Part shown: one piece after another, positions 1-10,379 of the stretch | How positions within the stretch are numbered: position 1 is the first letter of the stretch | Layout: each line of letters opens with the position of its first letter | NCBI GenBank assembly: GCA_937898195.1 | Contig: CALEJD010000040.1 | Location: 24,052 to 88,051, forward strand | DNA length: 64,000 bases | From: an uncultured Clostridia bacterium | Lineage (GTDB): Bacteria > Bacillota > Clostridia > Oscillospirales > Acutalibacteraceae | Direction of reading: 5' to 3' | Program-made: the position numbers and the translations under genes | Notes under the pieces: model-generated | Told to the model about the DNA's origin: nothing | What the model saw: the letters and a program-made list of their open reading frames with translations, nothing else | Databases searched by the model: none

Positions 1-21
1 GCGTTATCTAAAATTGCCCCA

Positions 22-3000
22 ATGGTTCCTATGCTTGGTGCACTTGGTGCCGCCGCCGCTGTTGTTGGTTATGGTGTTTACGAAGCATATAAGTCTACTC
101 ATAAATATAGATTAGAAGTTGACAATTTAGAAGCGTCTAATAAAAAGTCTATTACCACAATTAACGAAAACGCTGAAGAAGCGAAAAGGCTTACAGAGAG
201 GATTGACGAACTTTCCAAAGTAGAAAATAAGACCAATCGTGAAAAAGCGTTGATGGCGGCTTACGTTGAGCACTTGAATGAACTTTATCCAGACCTAAAT
301 CTGCAATATGATAAAGAGAAGGATAAATTGAATCAGACAACTGATTCAATTTATAAATACATCGAAGCCAAGAAAGAAGAAGCAAAGGCGGCGGCGTATG
401 AAAAGAACTTTGAGAAAGCCTTAAACAAACAAATTAAACTGGAAGGCAAGCGAGCAGACGCACAGAAAGAATTAGACCGAGCGCAAAAGCAATATAATAA
501 AGAAGTCGAAAGTGGCTATGTTAACGACATGACCATCAAAAGACTACAAAAGGCTAAAGCGGAAGTTAAAGACTTAAACGTCGCATATGCTGAAATTACC
601 AAGGAAGTTACAAAACAAAGTAACAACATGGTAAAAAATTCAGACGCTTGGAAGGACTTGAAGAAAAAGGCTGACGAAGCGGGCGTTAGTATGTCTAAAG
701 GGCTTAAAGACGCTATTAATGAGGGTGTATACGCCATTCCAGAGTCACTAAAAGACTTAAAAAGTTTAATTTCTTTTGACGATATTGCCCAAGGATTAAG
801 TCTGTCTTCCGATGGTAGGGAACTTGTCGAGTCTTTACAACAAGGCATGCGTGAGGGTCATTTAGATATTAATGATGCATTGAACATTGCTACGCAAATG
901 GATGAAATGCGTGGCAAACTCAATTCAGAAGGTAGTGCCGCCGTTGCCGACCTTGCACAACAATTTTCTTCTGGTGAAATTGATTTTTCTGAATTCCAAA
1001 AGAAACTTCAGAGCGTCTTATCTAATGAAGATTACGAGACTAAATATCGTGTAGATGCAGAAGTTAATGACGAAGAAGTTGAAAATGCTAAAAGCGAAAA
1101 TAAGGAGCCAGTAAGTTATACTGCAACTGGTAAGGGCGACAATTCTGACGTAAAGAAAAAAAAGACTGACGATAAAAAACCAGTAAACTATAAAGCAACT
1201 GGTAAGGGCGATAATGAGGATGTAAAGAAAAAGAAAAAGGACGACAAGAAACCAGTAACTTATAAAGTTAAAGGGGAAGCAACTGGTGGAAAGTCGAGCA
1301 AGAGTGTTAAGGCTACCGCAGATACATCTGGAGCCACAAGCAAGATATCTGGCTTATCAAAATTGCTTTCTGGATTAAAGAATAAAGCCGTTAGTATCAA
1401 AGCAAATGTTTCTGGTAAAGGTAACGTATCTTCTCTTAAATCTGACATAAAGAATTTACCAAGTAGCAAAACTGTCAATATTTATGTTAAAAAACATGGT
1501 AGTGCAAACATCCCCGGTCAAGCGTCTGGCACTAAAAACGCCCCTGCTGGTTTATCCGAAGTTAACGAGGAAGGATTTGAGTTTATTCGTGATGCCAAAA
1601 CTGGCAAACTGCGTATTGCTGATGGCGGTAAGCGTACAATCACTTATCTGAATAAGGGTGACATCGTTTATACACATAAAGAATCGCAGAAGATGCTTGA
1701 AAGCGAAGGCGATGTTATCATCCCCCAACACAAGTCTGGTACCAAGAAAAAGCAAAAGGCCTACGACAAGGCATATAAAAATATAAGTAATGCACATGAG
1801 CGCAAAATGAAGGAACTTGAGTACGCCGCACAACGTGACCATTGGAGTGATGTAAAACTTGCCCAAGCGAAGAAGGCGCAATTAGATGCAACCAACAAGC
1901 AGATTGCCGCTCTGAATAGTAAATACGGTAAAAAAATCACCAAGCAATCTGCAATGGACACACTTGATGCCGAGTTTGATATCAAGAAGGCTCAACTTGA
2001 AGCCGAACACGATGCGCAGACACAGGCTGTCGAAAGCGCAATTAGCGGGCAACTTGGATACACCAAGGATTTATCAACCGTTGTTCGTCAGATTAATAGC
2101 AGTTCAAGGTTAAGCGCAGAAGAGAAGCAGAAATATCTCAAGGAAGCGTATAAGGAAAATGTTGAATATCTGCAAAAGTTATTTGACAAGAACAAGAAGA
2201 CATATGATGAAATGGCGGGCACCCTAAAGAGTTACTATGACCAAGGGATGATTACTGCCAAGGAGTATTATGACTATCTTGATGACCTTGCGGAAAAACA
2301 GTTAGATAAGGAAAAAGATAGGATATCTAAACTGAACGAAGTAAAGGAGAACGAATACGACCTTGCAAAAGCATATGTGCAATATCAGATTGACAAATTG
2401 GAAGAACAGAATGATTTGATTGAGAAACAGGCTGACTTGGAAAAGGCTCGCACACAGCGTGTTAAAGTGTATCGCCAAGGTGTCGGGTTTGTTTATGAAC
2501 AAGACACCGAAGCCATTCGTGAAGCGGAGAAGGCAATTGACGATTTGTCTGACTCCCCCGAACTAAAGAAGTGGAAGGATATTCTTGAGTTGTTTGGGGA
2601 TATGGAAGCGTTGGCTGACATCAAGGAACTTGAGAATAAACTTGGTAAGACTTCTGGCGAATTATTCGGTGGCATGGGCACAGATTTAGCACAATGGGAG
2701 ACGTTTATACGCTCCAACCTTGCAACCACACTTGGATATAGCAGTCTACTTGACGCTATGGACGAGTTAGAAGGACACGACGCTATTGTTGGCTGGCTAC
2801 AAGGTGTTGGCGAAACAGTATCCGAATCCCAAATCCAGCAAGCCATAGACCGTAATCGTTTTGCGTCTGGCACACTATCTGCACCAGCAGGGTTTGCCAG
2901 AGTAGCGGAAAACGGTTATGAGATTGCGCTTCTTGGTAAAGGCGATGCGGTGATGCCGCACAATGTGTCGGAGAACTTAATGCAGTGGGGACGGTATAAT

Positions 3001-3156
3001 CCTGTGGAAGTTATGCAGGGCGGCGTTGGCGGCACTGTTGAAAACTTCCATTTTGATAGTCTGGTTCTGCCGAATGTTACCGATGCAAACGGCTTCATGC
3101 GTGAATTACAGAATTTGCCTAACAGGGCACTACAATATAGTAGGAGCAGGGGGTAG
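22..3156 (+). CDS. tail tape measure protein (frame open to nt 1, probably 5' truncated by the window)
   Basis: 1044-aa ORF with long K/E/A/Q coiled-coil segments and internal 24-aa tandem repeats; followed by tail and fibre genes; no in-frame stop upstream of nt 22. Confidence 0.8.
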   Translation: MVPMLGALGAAAAVVGYGVYEAYKSTHKYRLEVDNLEASNKKSITTINENAEEAKRLTERIDELSKVENKTNREKALMAAYVEHLNELYPDLNLQYDKEKDKLNQTTDSIYKYIEAKKEEAKAAAYEKNFEKALNKQIKLEGKRADAQKELDRAQKQYNKEVESGYVNDMTIKRLQKAKAEVKDLNVAYAEITKEVTKQSNNMVKNSDAWKDLKKKADEAGVSMSKGLKDAINEGVYAIPESLKDLKSLISFDDIAQGLSLSSDGRELVESLQQGMREGHLDINDALNIATQMDEMRGKLNSEGSAAVADLAQQFSSGEIDFSEFQKKLQSVLSNEDYETKYRVDAEVNDEEVENAKSENKEPVSYTATGKGDNSDVKKKKTDDKKPVNYKATGKGDNEDVKKKKKDDKKPVTYKVKGEATGGKSSKSVKATADTSGATSKISGLSKLLSGLKNKAVSIKANVSGKGNVSSLKSDIKNLPSSKTVNIYVKKHGSANIPGQASGTKNAPAGLSEVNEEGFEFIRDAKTGKLRIADGGKRTITYLNKGDIVYTHKESQKMLESEGDVIIPQHKSGTKKKQKAYDKAYKNISNAHERKMKELEYAAQRDHWSDVKLAQAKKAQLDATNKQIAALNSKYGKKITKQSAMDTLDAEFDIKKAQLEAEHDAQTQAVESAISGQLGYTKDLSTVVRQINSSSRLSAEEKQKYLKEAYKENVEYLQKLFDKNKKTYDEMAGTLKSYYDQGMITAKEYYDYLDDLAEKQLDKEKDRISKLNEVKENEYDLAKAYVQYQIDKLEEQNDLIEKQADLEKARTQRVKVYRQGVGFVYEQDTEAIREAEKAIDDLSDSPELKKWKDILELFGDMEALADIKELENKLGKTSGELFGGMGTDLAQWETFIRSNLATTLGYSSLLDAMDELEGHDAIVGWLQGVGETVSESQIQQAIDRNRFASGTLSAPAGFARVAENGYEIALLGKGDAVMPHNVSENLMQWGRYNPVEVMQGGVGGTVENFHFDSLVLPNVTDANGFMRELQNLPNRALQYSRSRG
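1108..1290 (+). repeat. 72-bp (24-aa) tandem repeat inside the tape measure gene, about 2.5 copies
   Basis: Units start at 1108, 1180 and 1252; peptide PVxYxATGKGDNxDVKKKKxDDKK. Confidence 0.8.
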
Positions 3157-3202
3157 CAATATCCCCCTACTCCATTTTACATAATGGAAGGATGGTGATT
3201 AG

Positions 3203-3997
3203 ATGGGTGTTGCTAAAGACATACAGACCGCCATACGAACAATTACAGAACAGGCTATAACAGACGCTCCGTTTGATAAAACAAGAAGGGGCGTGGTAAG
3301 GGGAATAAACGAAGATAATAATACATATACTGTTCATGTAGATGGAATGACTTACGATGGAGTAAAGTCTACTAACGGTTCTGCCGTTCATATTGGTGAT
3401 GTTGTGGATGTGACTTATCCAACTAATAATACGTCTCAAATGGTGATTAGTGGTATCACCGATATGACACAAAGTGAGATTGACGACTTTGTACAGTCGC
3501 TTGGATTGCATGGACGGTCAATATGTCCATATGATGTTGGCGATATTTACGAAACGACTAACTCCGCAAACCCAAGCACAAAATGGGATGGCACGACTTG
3601 GAATCTGGTAAGTGAAGCCGCTGATTATATTGTTGAAGAAGGCGCAAGTGGTATTTGGACGTATCGTAAATGGGCAAGTGGCATTGCTGAATGTTGGGGG
3701 ACATATTTTGTTGCTTCTTCGACATACGCCAACGGCGGGTCGAAATCAATATCACAAACTCTACCAATAACTTTTTCGGACATACCGAGTGTTGTGACAA
3801 GCGGAAGTATCACAGGCACCACCAACTCTGGCACAAGATATACTCGTGGTAACAATAGCACCACAATCGAAACGTATTTAAATAACATGTCTGGTGGTTC
3901 TGTAACAAATACCGGATATGTTTACTTTTATGTGGTTGGTATATGGAAAACCAGAACAACTCCGCAAACGATTTATAAGTGGCGCAGAGTAAGTTAG
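3203..3997 (+). CDS. tail/baseplate protein with an N-terminal OB-fold-like segment and a C-terminal fibre-tip module
   Basis: SD GGTGA 4 nt upstream; N-terminus GVVRGI..HIGDVVDVTYP..VISG resembles gpV/gp5-type spike OB folds; C-terminal PYDVGDIYETTNSANPSTKWDGTTW motif shared with the 4009 and 6456 genes. Confidence 0.6.
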   Translation: MGVAKDIQTAIRTITEQAITDAPFDKTRRGVVRGINEDNNTYTVHVDGMTYDGVKSTNGSAVHIGDVVDVTYPTNNTSQMVISGITDMTQSEIDDFVQSLGLHGRSICPYDVGDIYETTNSANPSTKWDGTTWNLVSEAADYIVEEGASGIWTYRKWASGIAECWGTYFVASSTYANGGSKSISQTLPITFSDIPSVVTSGSITGTTNSGTRYTRGNNSTTIETYLNNMSGGSVTNTGYVYFYVVGIWKTRTTPQTIYKWRRVS

Positions 3998-4008
3998 GGG
4001 TGATGTGA

Positions 4009-4563
4009 ATGGATAATGAAGCAATAACAAAAAATGATTTACGAGCGATATTAGACCAACTTGGTATGCCATTTACACCGCTTGATTATTATCCCATAGG
4101 TGCATATTTTGAAACATCTGATTCAACCTTCGACCCCAACACAGTATGGGGTGGAACGTGGGTGCTTGAAACATCCGGGTATGTTCATGTATCTGGTGAT
4201 GCTTCTGGTACGTCAAGCCCATCATACCCGGTATCAAAAGCGAATAATAACAGTGGTGCTGGTGCGAGCGACGGTGGTTCGAGCACGGTTACGTTGACAG
4301 CGGAACAAAGCGGTGTCCCGGCTCATGCACATGGTTGGCAAGCAGCGATGGCTTTATTTGGGATAAAAGCAAACACAAAAGAAAACCTAAACCCCCAATT
4401 CGCATTAGTGTCCCAATCTAGAACATCGGGGGGTTATTTTTCTGATAGAATGAAGGACGGCTATGGTACGGCTACGGCAAACAACGCTACAAAAAACGCA
4501 ACATCTGCCCACAACAACATGCAACCATACATCAACGTCTATCGTTGGCACAGAACGGCATAA
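4009..4563 (+). CDS. short tail fibre / receptor-binding tip protein
   Basis: SD AGGGGTGA; motif YFETSDSTFDPNTVWGGTW and C-terminus NMQPYINVYRWHRTA, typical of Firmicutes phage fibre-tip proteins; paralog of 6456..7376. Confidence 0.7.
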   Translation: MDNEAITKNDLRAILDQLGMPFTPLDYYPIGAYFETSDSTFDPNTVWGGTWVLETSGYVHVSGDASGTSSPSYPVSKANNNSGAGASDGGSSTVTLTAEQSGVPAHAHGWQAAMALFGIKANTKENLNPQFALVSQSRTSGGYFSDRMKDGYGTATANNATKNATSAHNNMQPYINVYRWHRTA

Positions 4564-4619
4564 AAATATAAAATTACAAGATTGTACATAATATACATAA
4601 TAGAAGGTGGTGATAAGAT

Positions 4620-4925
4620 ATGATAAGAGGGACAACCCCCACGCTTGTGTTCCACACCCCATATAAGGGCGATATGGTAGCAAGCGGTTTTATCACTTTC
4701 ACCCAACGTGGTGATATTTTATTAGACATCCCCATTAGCGACAGCAGTGTGGAAGTGTCTAATAATGCTATTGCGCTGACGCTTACCCAAGCGCAGACGC
4801 TTTTGTTCGACCCACAAGGTAAAAATCTTGTTCAACTTCGATTGGTTCTTGAAGACGGGAGTGTCGTGGCAAGTAACATTGTCACTATATCCGTTGGGAA
4901 GATTTTGAAGGACGGTGAGATTTAA
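4620..4925 (+). CDS. hypothetical tail-associated protein
   Basis: SD GAAGGTGGTGA; lies within the fibre gene cluster; stop overlaps the next start (TAATG). Confidence 0.6.
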   Translation: MIRGTTPTLVFHTPYKGDMVASGFITFTQRGDILLDIPISDSSVEVSNNAIALTLTQAQTLLFDPQGKNLVQLRLVLEDGSVVASNIVTISVGKILKDGEI

Positions 4926-5191
4926 TGGATATGGAAAATGTATTCAAAATAAATCTTACGTTTGATAATGACGCTACATTTGATACGTTCTTTCAAGACC
5001 AAGATGGAGATTTTAATACGGATTTTGGAGAAACAACCACGGTCACAACATCTGACCATAGGGAGTTAACTCATAGGGATGCGTTGATGCAACACCCAAT
5101 TGCGTCCATTACGGATTTAACTGGCGAACTTGATGTGCGACCAGATGAATATATGTCGAACATAGAAATTTATGAGATATTGCAAGGTTAA
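4925..5191 (+). CDS. hypothetical acidic protein
   Basis: ORF translationally coupled to the upstream gene. Confidence 0.55.
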   Translation: MDMENVFKINLTFDNDATFDTFFQDQDGDFNTDFGETTTVTTSDHRELTHRDALMQHPIASITDLTGELDVRPDEYMSNIEIYEILQG

Positions 5192-5209
5192 GAAAAGGAA
5201 GGTATAAAA

Positions 5210-6433
5210 ATGTCAAAGAAATATTTAGACGATAGTGGGCTTTTATACTTTTGGCAACAGATAAAAACGAAGTTTGCTACCAAGGCGTTTGATAAAGTCA
5301 AGGTGGGCACAACAACCATCGAAGCCGATGGCACTTCTGACACGCTTGAACTGGTGGCTGGGACAAATATCACATTAACTCCCGACGCAACCAACGACGC
5401 TGTGACGGTTGCTACAAGTGCAGAAGTTAACCAGAATGCGTTCAGTAATGTTGCGGTTGGCAGTTCAACTATCGAAGCAGATGACAAAACAGACACGCTG
5501 ACATTGGCGGCTGGAAGTGGTGTGACATTAAGTGCGGACACAAGCACGGATACTGTGACGATTTCTGCTACTGGTACGCAAAATCAAGATGCGTTTAGTT
5601 ATGTAAAGGTCGGTAGTGACACTATTGCGGCTGATACGGAGACGGATACGTTAGAACTTGCGGCTGGTAATAATGTTACGCTGACCGCTGACACAACTAA
5701 CGATAAAGTTACAATTGCGGCAACGGACACAACGTACAGTGGAACCGCACCAATTACGGTAAGTGGCACTACAATCACTCATGATGCGTCTGGTGCTACA
5801 GCAGGTACATATGGTTCCACATCTGGGCAAACACCTGCGTTTGGCGCAAATGCTTCCGTGCCTTATGTGACGGTTGACGCAAAAGGACATGTGACTGCGG
5901 CTGGTACGGCGAACGTAACCATCCCCAACACGGCGGCGAGCGCAGATGGTGCTGGTTTAATGAGTTCCAGTGACTTTTCAAAACTGGCTGGAATTGAATC
6001 TGGTGCGCAAGTTAACACAGTCACTGGCGTAAAGGGAGACTCTGAATCCAGTTATCGGACTGGTAATGTGAACATCACCCCGGCGAATGTTGGTGCTGTT
6101 GCGACAAGCGCAGTTGGTAGTGCGTCTGGTGTGTGCCCGCTGAATTCATCCGGGACGGTTGATACGCAATATCTGCCATCCTATGTTGATGATGTTATTG
6201 AAGCGTATCCCCGGAGCGGTCAAACAGAACTGACAGCAACATGGCTGTCGTTGACCGATGGCGGTAGTGCACTTACACCAGAAACAGGCAAGATTTATAT
6301 CATTCTTACCGCATCGACATCATATGCTGTGAATACATGTTTCAGATGGAGTGGTTCGACCTATGTTGAATTAGCAGATGGAAATATTAGTTCCATTACA
6401 AACGCAGAAATTGATGTTATCCTTGCGGCATAA
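5210..6433 (+). CDS. tail fibre protein with three ~51-aa tandem repeats
   Basis: SD AAGGAAGG; N-terminus YLDDSGLLYFWQQIKTKF is shared with the 6456 gene; T/S/A/G/V-rich beta-type composition. Confidence 0.75.
   Translation: MSKKYLDDSGLLYFWQQIKTKFATKAFDKVKVGTTTIEADGTSDTLELVAGTNITLTPDATNDAVTVATSAEVNQNAFSNVAVGSSTIEADDKTDTLTLAAGSGVTLSADTSTDTVTISATGTQNQDAFSYVKVGSDTIAADTETDTLELAAGNNVTLTADTTNDKVTIAATDTTYSGTAPITVSGTTITHDASGATAGTYGSTSGQTPAFGANASVPYVTVDAKGHVTAAGTANVTIPNTAASADGAGLMSSSDFSKLAGIESGAQVNTVTGVKGDSESSYRTGNVNITPANVGAVATSAVGSASGVCPLNSSGTVDTQYLPSYVDDVIEAYPRSGQTELTATWLSLTDGGSALTPETGKIYIILTASTSYAVNTCFRWSGSTYVELADGNISSITNAEIDVILAA
5282..5725 (+). repeat. three in-frame tandem repeats (~153 bp each) in the fibre gene
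   Basis: AFxxVxVGxxTIxADxxTDTLxLxAGxxVTLxxDxxxDxVTIxAT starts at aa 25, 77 and 128. Confidence 0.75.
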
Positions 6434-6455
6434 GGATTGAAAGGAAGTGTCTAAT

Positions 6456-7376
6456 ATGGCAATAGAATATTTAGACAAAACGGGATTAACTTACCTTTGG
6501 AGCAAGTTAAAAACAAAATTTTCATCTGCAACAAATTGGCTTAACGGTAGTTCTACTGGTAGTGTAAGAACAAGTGGAAGTGCGGCTGAAGATAGTAGTT
6601 ATACTATTGGGGATTACGCTACGACTGAGGGGTTTAATACTAAGGCTAATGGGATGACTTCCCATGCTGAAGGTGACAGTACAACCGCTTCTGGTGTATG
6701 TTCTCACGCAGAAGGAATAGGCACAACCGCACAACGAAAATCTCAAACGGTTATAGGTGAGTACAACGTACTTGATACAACTGGCTCTGCATCAACTCGT
6801 GGCGACTACGCTTTTATCGTTGGCAACGGCACAGGCTCATCCGCTCGTTCCAATGCTTATGCTCTTGAATGGGACGGCGATTCAACGCAACAGGGTAGAG
6901 CGACTACGAAAGATATGACCTCTGCTGACATTGCCGATTTTATTACAGGTTTAGGTGGTCTTGGTACTCTCATATTCAATGCGGTATATCCTGTAGGCTC
7001 ATACTACGAAACCTCTGATTCTACATTTGACCCGAACAATTCATTTGTTGGAACGTGGACAAAAGTAAGTGATGGATATTTTCTGCAAGCAACTACGGAT
7101 AGTAGCAAAATAGGAACTACAGTAGCCGCAGGATTGCCTAATATTACTGGCGAGTTCTCTGCTATGACATACGGCGAAGGCTACTTTGTAAATGGCGCAT
7201 CCGGTGCATTTTATGCCGGGTCTAATTATCAATACAAAGGCGGTTCTACGGCATATTGGTCGAGTAATTCAAGAGGTCCGAAATTTGATGCGTCAAGGTC
7301 AAATTCAATATACGGAAACTCTACAACAGTTCAACCGCCCGCAATACTTGTATATATTTGGCACAGAACGGCATAA
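6456..7376 (+). CDS. tail fibre protein (shared N-terminal anchor, fibre-tip C-terminus)
   Basis: ATG at 6456 lies 8 nt after AAAGGAAG (the ORF track starts at GTG 6447); N-terminus IEYLDKTGLTYLWSKLKTKF; C-terminus YYETSDSTFDPNNSFVGTW...VYIWHRTA. Confidence 0.75.
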   Translation: MAIEYLDKTGLTYLWSKLKTKFSSATNWLNGSSTGSVRTSGSAAEDSSYTIGDYATTEGFNTKANGMTSHAEGDSTTASGVCSHAEGIGTTAQRKSQTVIGEYNVLDTTGSASTRGDYAFIVGNGTGSSARSNAYALEWDGDSTQQGRATTKDMTSADIADFITGLGGLGTLIFNAVYPVGSYYETSDSTFDPNNSFVGTWTKVSDGYFLQATTDSSKIGTTVAAGLPNITGEFSAMTYGEGYFVNGASGAFYAGSNYQYKGGSTAYWSSNSRGPKFDASRSNSIYGNSTTVQPPAILVYIWHRTA

Positions 7377-7388
7377 AAGGAGGTACAA

Positions 7389-7859
7389 ATGAGTAGTGAA
7401 GCAATAACAAAAAATGATTTATTGGCTATATTTGAAGGTATAGGCGTACAATCACCACTAATTACTGACGCAGAACTGGAGTCTTTGGGTACGGCTCTTG
7501 GAGTAACCAGTAATTTGTATAGCATTATCAATGAATTAGTGACACCGAAAATCGTCACGCCTTCCATAACCACAAGTACCGGGACGCTTAATAGTGCCGA
7601 GATTGTGAAGGTGGGAAGAGTAGTCACTTTGAAGTTAGATATAAAAAACTCAAGCACAGTAACTACAGGGAACAACATTTACAAAGGCACGATTGAACAA
7701 GCATACATCCCAAAGCGTTCCGCTTATGGTTGTGGCTACAATTATCAAACGGCTGGCATTTTAGCCGTCGTAGACAACGGCGAAGTAATTGTTAGATGCA
7801 CCGGAGCAAATCTATCAGCAAACTCCGGGCTTGTTGTAGCCGCCACCTATATCGTGTAA
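7389..7859 (+). CDS. tail fibre-associated protein (N-terminus paralogous to 4009 gene)
   Basis: SD AAGGAGGT; the first 25 coding nt after codon 2 are identical to the 4009 gene (EAITKNDL). Confidence 0.65.
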   Translation: MSSEAITKNDLLAIFEGIGVQSPLITDAELESLGTALGVTSNLYSIINELVTPKIVTPSITTSTGTLNSAEIVKVGRVVTLKLDIKNSSTVTTGNNIYKGTIEQAYIPKRSAYGCGYNYQTAGILAVVDNGEVIVRCTGANLSANSGLVVAATYIV

Positions 7860-7870
7860 ACCATCGAAAC

Positions 7871-7893
7871 AAGAGCATACGGCTCTTTTTTTT
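7871..7893 (+). terminator. rho-independent terminator
   Basis: AAGAGC-atacg-GCTCTT followed by a T run. Confidence 0.65.
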
Positions 7894-8016
7894 ATTGAAG
7901 GAGAAAACATGAACAGATTGCCCAAATGGGCACTCGACATAAACCGATGGGCGGCGGTTAAACCGCCCAATATTTTTACATAACGAAAACAAAATAGAAA
8001 GGAGAGTGATTACCAC

Positions 8017-9372
8017 ATGGCAAAACCTATGTTAGATATAGTGCCATCTTATGACGTAACTAAAGGTGTCACTTTAACCTTTAACGCAAACTATGGAACA
8101 AACTTGGTTCGTGGTAGCGAGTTAACAATCTATGACCAAGACCAAAATGTTGTGGCTCGACATTTATATGTCCCAAGTACATATAACGAAGCATCGACCA
8201 TACATAAAATTCCATCAAAGCAAGCACTTATAAACGAATCTATTACACCATCAGCGTATAGTGCTTCGGTTTCATATTCCGTTGACGCTGTGGTGGCTTA
8301 TGAAGATGCTACATACATTTGCATAGCACCCACTATTGGTAATGCGCCTACAAACACTACATATTGGGAGCGTATATTACCAGTTGAGTGGGAAGCAAGT
8401 TACATATCAAATGACTTTGCTACAAAATACGACAACCAAAAGCAATTACAATTTTCATTAATGACGTTTGTTTCGTGTGAAATAGACCCCATTATGGGAG
8501 ATTTTATTTTATCTGGAATAAGTGAACCCAGTAACACAAGGGGTGCATGGACATTACCTACTCCGACAGTTACATTTGATGAAATTGATGCGACAATTAG
8601 TACAACATCGTATACTATTGGTTTAACCTATGATACTAATCAGACTACAAGTGTAGGATTGGTTTATAATCCACCCAAGGTAGTGCAATTCGATTTATAC
8701 AACGCAGACGATGGGACATTAGTTAAATCCAGCGGCGAAGTGTACAATTCTGGAACGATGATATCTGACACGGAATATTACATGAATTACACATTTTCTG
8801 GGCTGGTAAATGGCACAACATACAATATTACCGCCACCATTACGTCGTTATTGGGCATGGAAGTTTCTGGTGAAAGTACAGATTTTCTTGTTAATGCTAC
8901 GACATATCAAATTAGTACGTTTAATGTAGAAAACGATTCTTGTAATGGTGGTGTAAAAGTTGTTAGTAATATCCTTGATGTATATGGGGAATCTAATCGT
9001 ACACCAGTGGATGGCGAACTTGATTTGACTAATGGTGGATATTGTACATGGACAGATGGACTTGGATTTACAAATAATTGGACGGCAAGAATTTGGGGTT
9101 ATGACTTTGAAGTAGCAGATACTATACCAAGCGACCAACATATTATTCACATGGCATCAACACAAGCAAGGGGAGTAATTGATGGATATATTGTCGAAGA
9201 CCCAGATGGATATAGGTTTGATTTATATGTATATCCAATTGGATACGATGGTGTAACAATGTACTTCCAAAGTAATGTGGTTAGTACACTTGGCACAAGC
9301 GCAGACCCATTGTGTATTGCTTTTGGATTTGATTACAATAATTCTGGTTCATACTTCGTAAAGATTGTGTAG
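8017..9372 (+). CDS. tail/baseplate structural protein with a CBM5/12-like motif
   Basis: SD AAAGGAGAG; YSVDAVVAYEDATYICIAPTIGNAPTNTTYWERI resembles chitin-binding type 3 repeats. Confidence 0.6.
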   Translation: MAKPMLDIVPSYDVTKGVTLTFNANYGTNLVRGSELTIYDQDQNVVARHLYVPSTYNEASTIHKIPSKQALINESITPSAYSASVSYSVDAVVAYEDATYICIAPTIGNAPTNTTYWERILPVEWEASYISNDFATKYDNQKQLQFSLMTFVSCEIDPIMGDFILSGISEPSNTRGAWTLPTPTVTFDEIDATISTTSYTIGLTYDTNQTTSVGLVYNPPKVVQFDLYNADDGTLVKSSGEVYNSGTMISDTEYYMNYTFSGLVNGTTYNITATITSLLGMEVSGESTDFLVNATTYQISTFNVENDSCNGGVKVVSNILDVYGESNRTPVDGELDLTNGGYCTWTDGLGFTNNWTARIWGYDFEVADTIPSDQHIIHMASTQARGVIDGYIVEDPDGYRFDLYVYPIGYDGVTMYFQSNVVSTLGTSADPLCIAFGFDYNNSGSYFVKIV

Positions 9373-9389
9373 AAGGGAGTGAGTGATAT

Positions 9390-10379
9390 ATGGCTAACTT
9401 TTTAATGGGCGATGTGTTATTTGGACAAAACGCTCTCACCAACACAACTGGATTTATGAATCAGATTGATTCTATTACTATCAGTAATGGAGTATTCACC
9501 CATGTTAATGTAGAAAATGTATTCGACGACAATCCATCTTCTACAGAACCAACAGAGTGGGGAGATACATTTATTATGGACGCTCCATTTACCGATGGTG
9601 TTAATGGGGGTTCTACTGGCAACCTTCTTGGTGTGGCTAACCAAATTCTTGTGAAGCGTAGACCATCTAATGTATACACAAACATAGGCGATGGATGGAT
9701 TACGATTGCCCGAATCCCGATTGCTACAAGTGAAGATTTGAAGTTTGTAATCTATGATTATACTTGTGCTAACAACACGCAATATGAATACGTCTTGATA
9801 CCAACATTGATTCAGAATCAAGGTGGGCTGGAAGTACAAGTTGAATCAAGCATTACAAATAACTCTACCGTTATTCCTGTGATGTCAGAATTTAATAAGA
9901 TATATATTTGCAATCTGACTGGCTCAAAAGGGATTGAAGCGAATACGTCCTATGACTCCATGAGTATTGAGAGATTGACAGGCACACACCAAACATTAGG
10001 GAGCAAATATCCAATTGTGGTTAGCAACTCAATTATCAATTATGAATCTGGCGGTGTGCATGGCAAGATTTTGAATGACAACTATGGTAATATCAACCCG
10101 GAAACCGGGCAAATGGTGCAATTAAATCGGAATGATATTGTCAAAGCCAGAGAAGAATATCGTGAGTTTATCACCAAGGGTAAGCCATACATCTTAAAAG
10201 ATTGGAACGGTAATTCATGGCTTGTCATGGTCACGGACTCCCCATCGTACACGTTTGATGATACTTGGGGAATGGGTATCGGTGAGATTGACTTCCACTG
10301 GACACAGATTGGTGAAGTTGAAGACCAAGAAGATTTAGATAAGGCTGGCATGGTCTATGTAGGTGGTGGTCAAGAATGA
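9390..10379 (+). CDS. tail/baseplate structural protein
   Basis: SD AAGGGAG; 4-nt overlap with the downstream gene. Confidence 0.6.
   Translation: MANFLMGDVLFGQNALTNTTGFMNQIDSITISNGVFTHVNVENVFDDNPSSTEPTEWGDTFIMDAPFTDGVNGGSTGNLLGVANQILVKRRPSNVYTNIGDGWITIARIPIATSEDLKFVIYDYTCANNTQYEYVLIPTLIQNQGGLEVQVESSITNNSTVIPVMSEFNKIYICNLTGSKGIEANTSYDSMSIERLTGTHQTLGSKYPIVVSNSIINYESGGVHGKILNDNYGNINPETGQMVQLNRNDIVKAREEYREFITKGKPYILKDWNGNSWLVMVTDSPSYTFDDTWGMGIGEIDFHWTQIGEVEDQEDLDKAGMVYVGGGQE

Noticed and set aside
5282-5725. Diversity-generating retroelement or retron acting on the fibre repeats
   Set aside because: There is no reverse transcriptase ORF in the window and no template/variable repeat pair with adenine-specific differences. 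The repeats are ordinary in-frame tandem domains.
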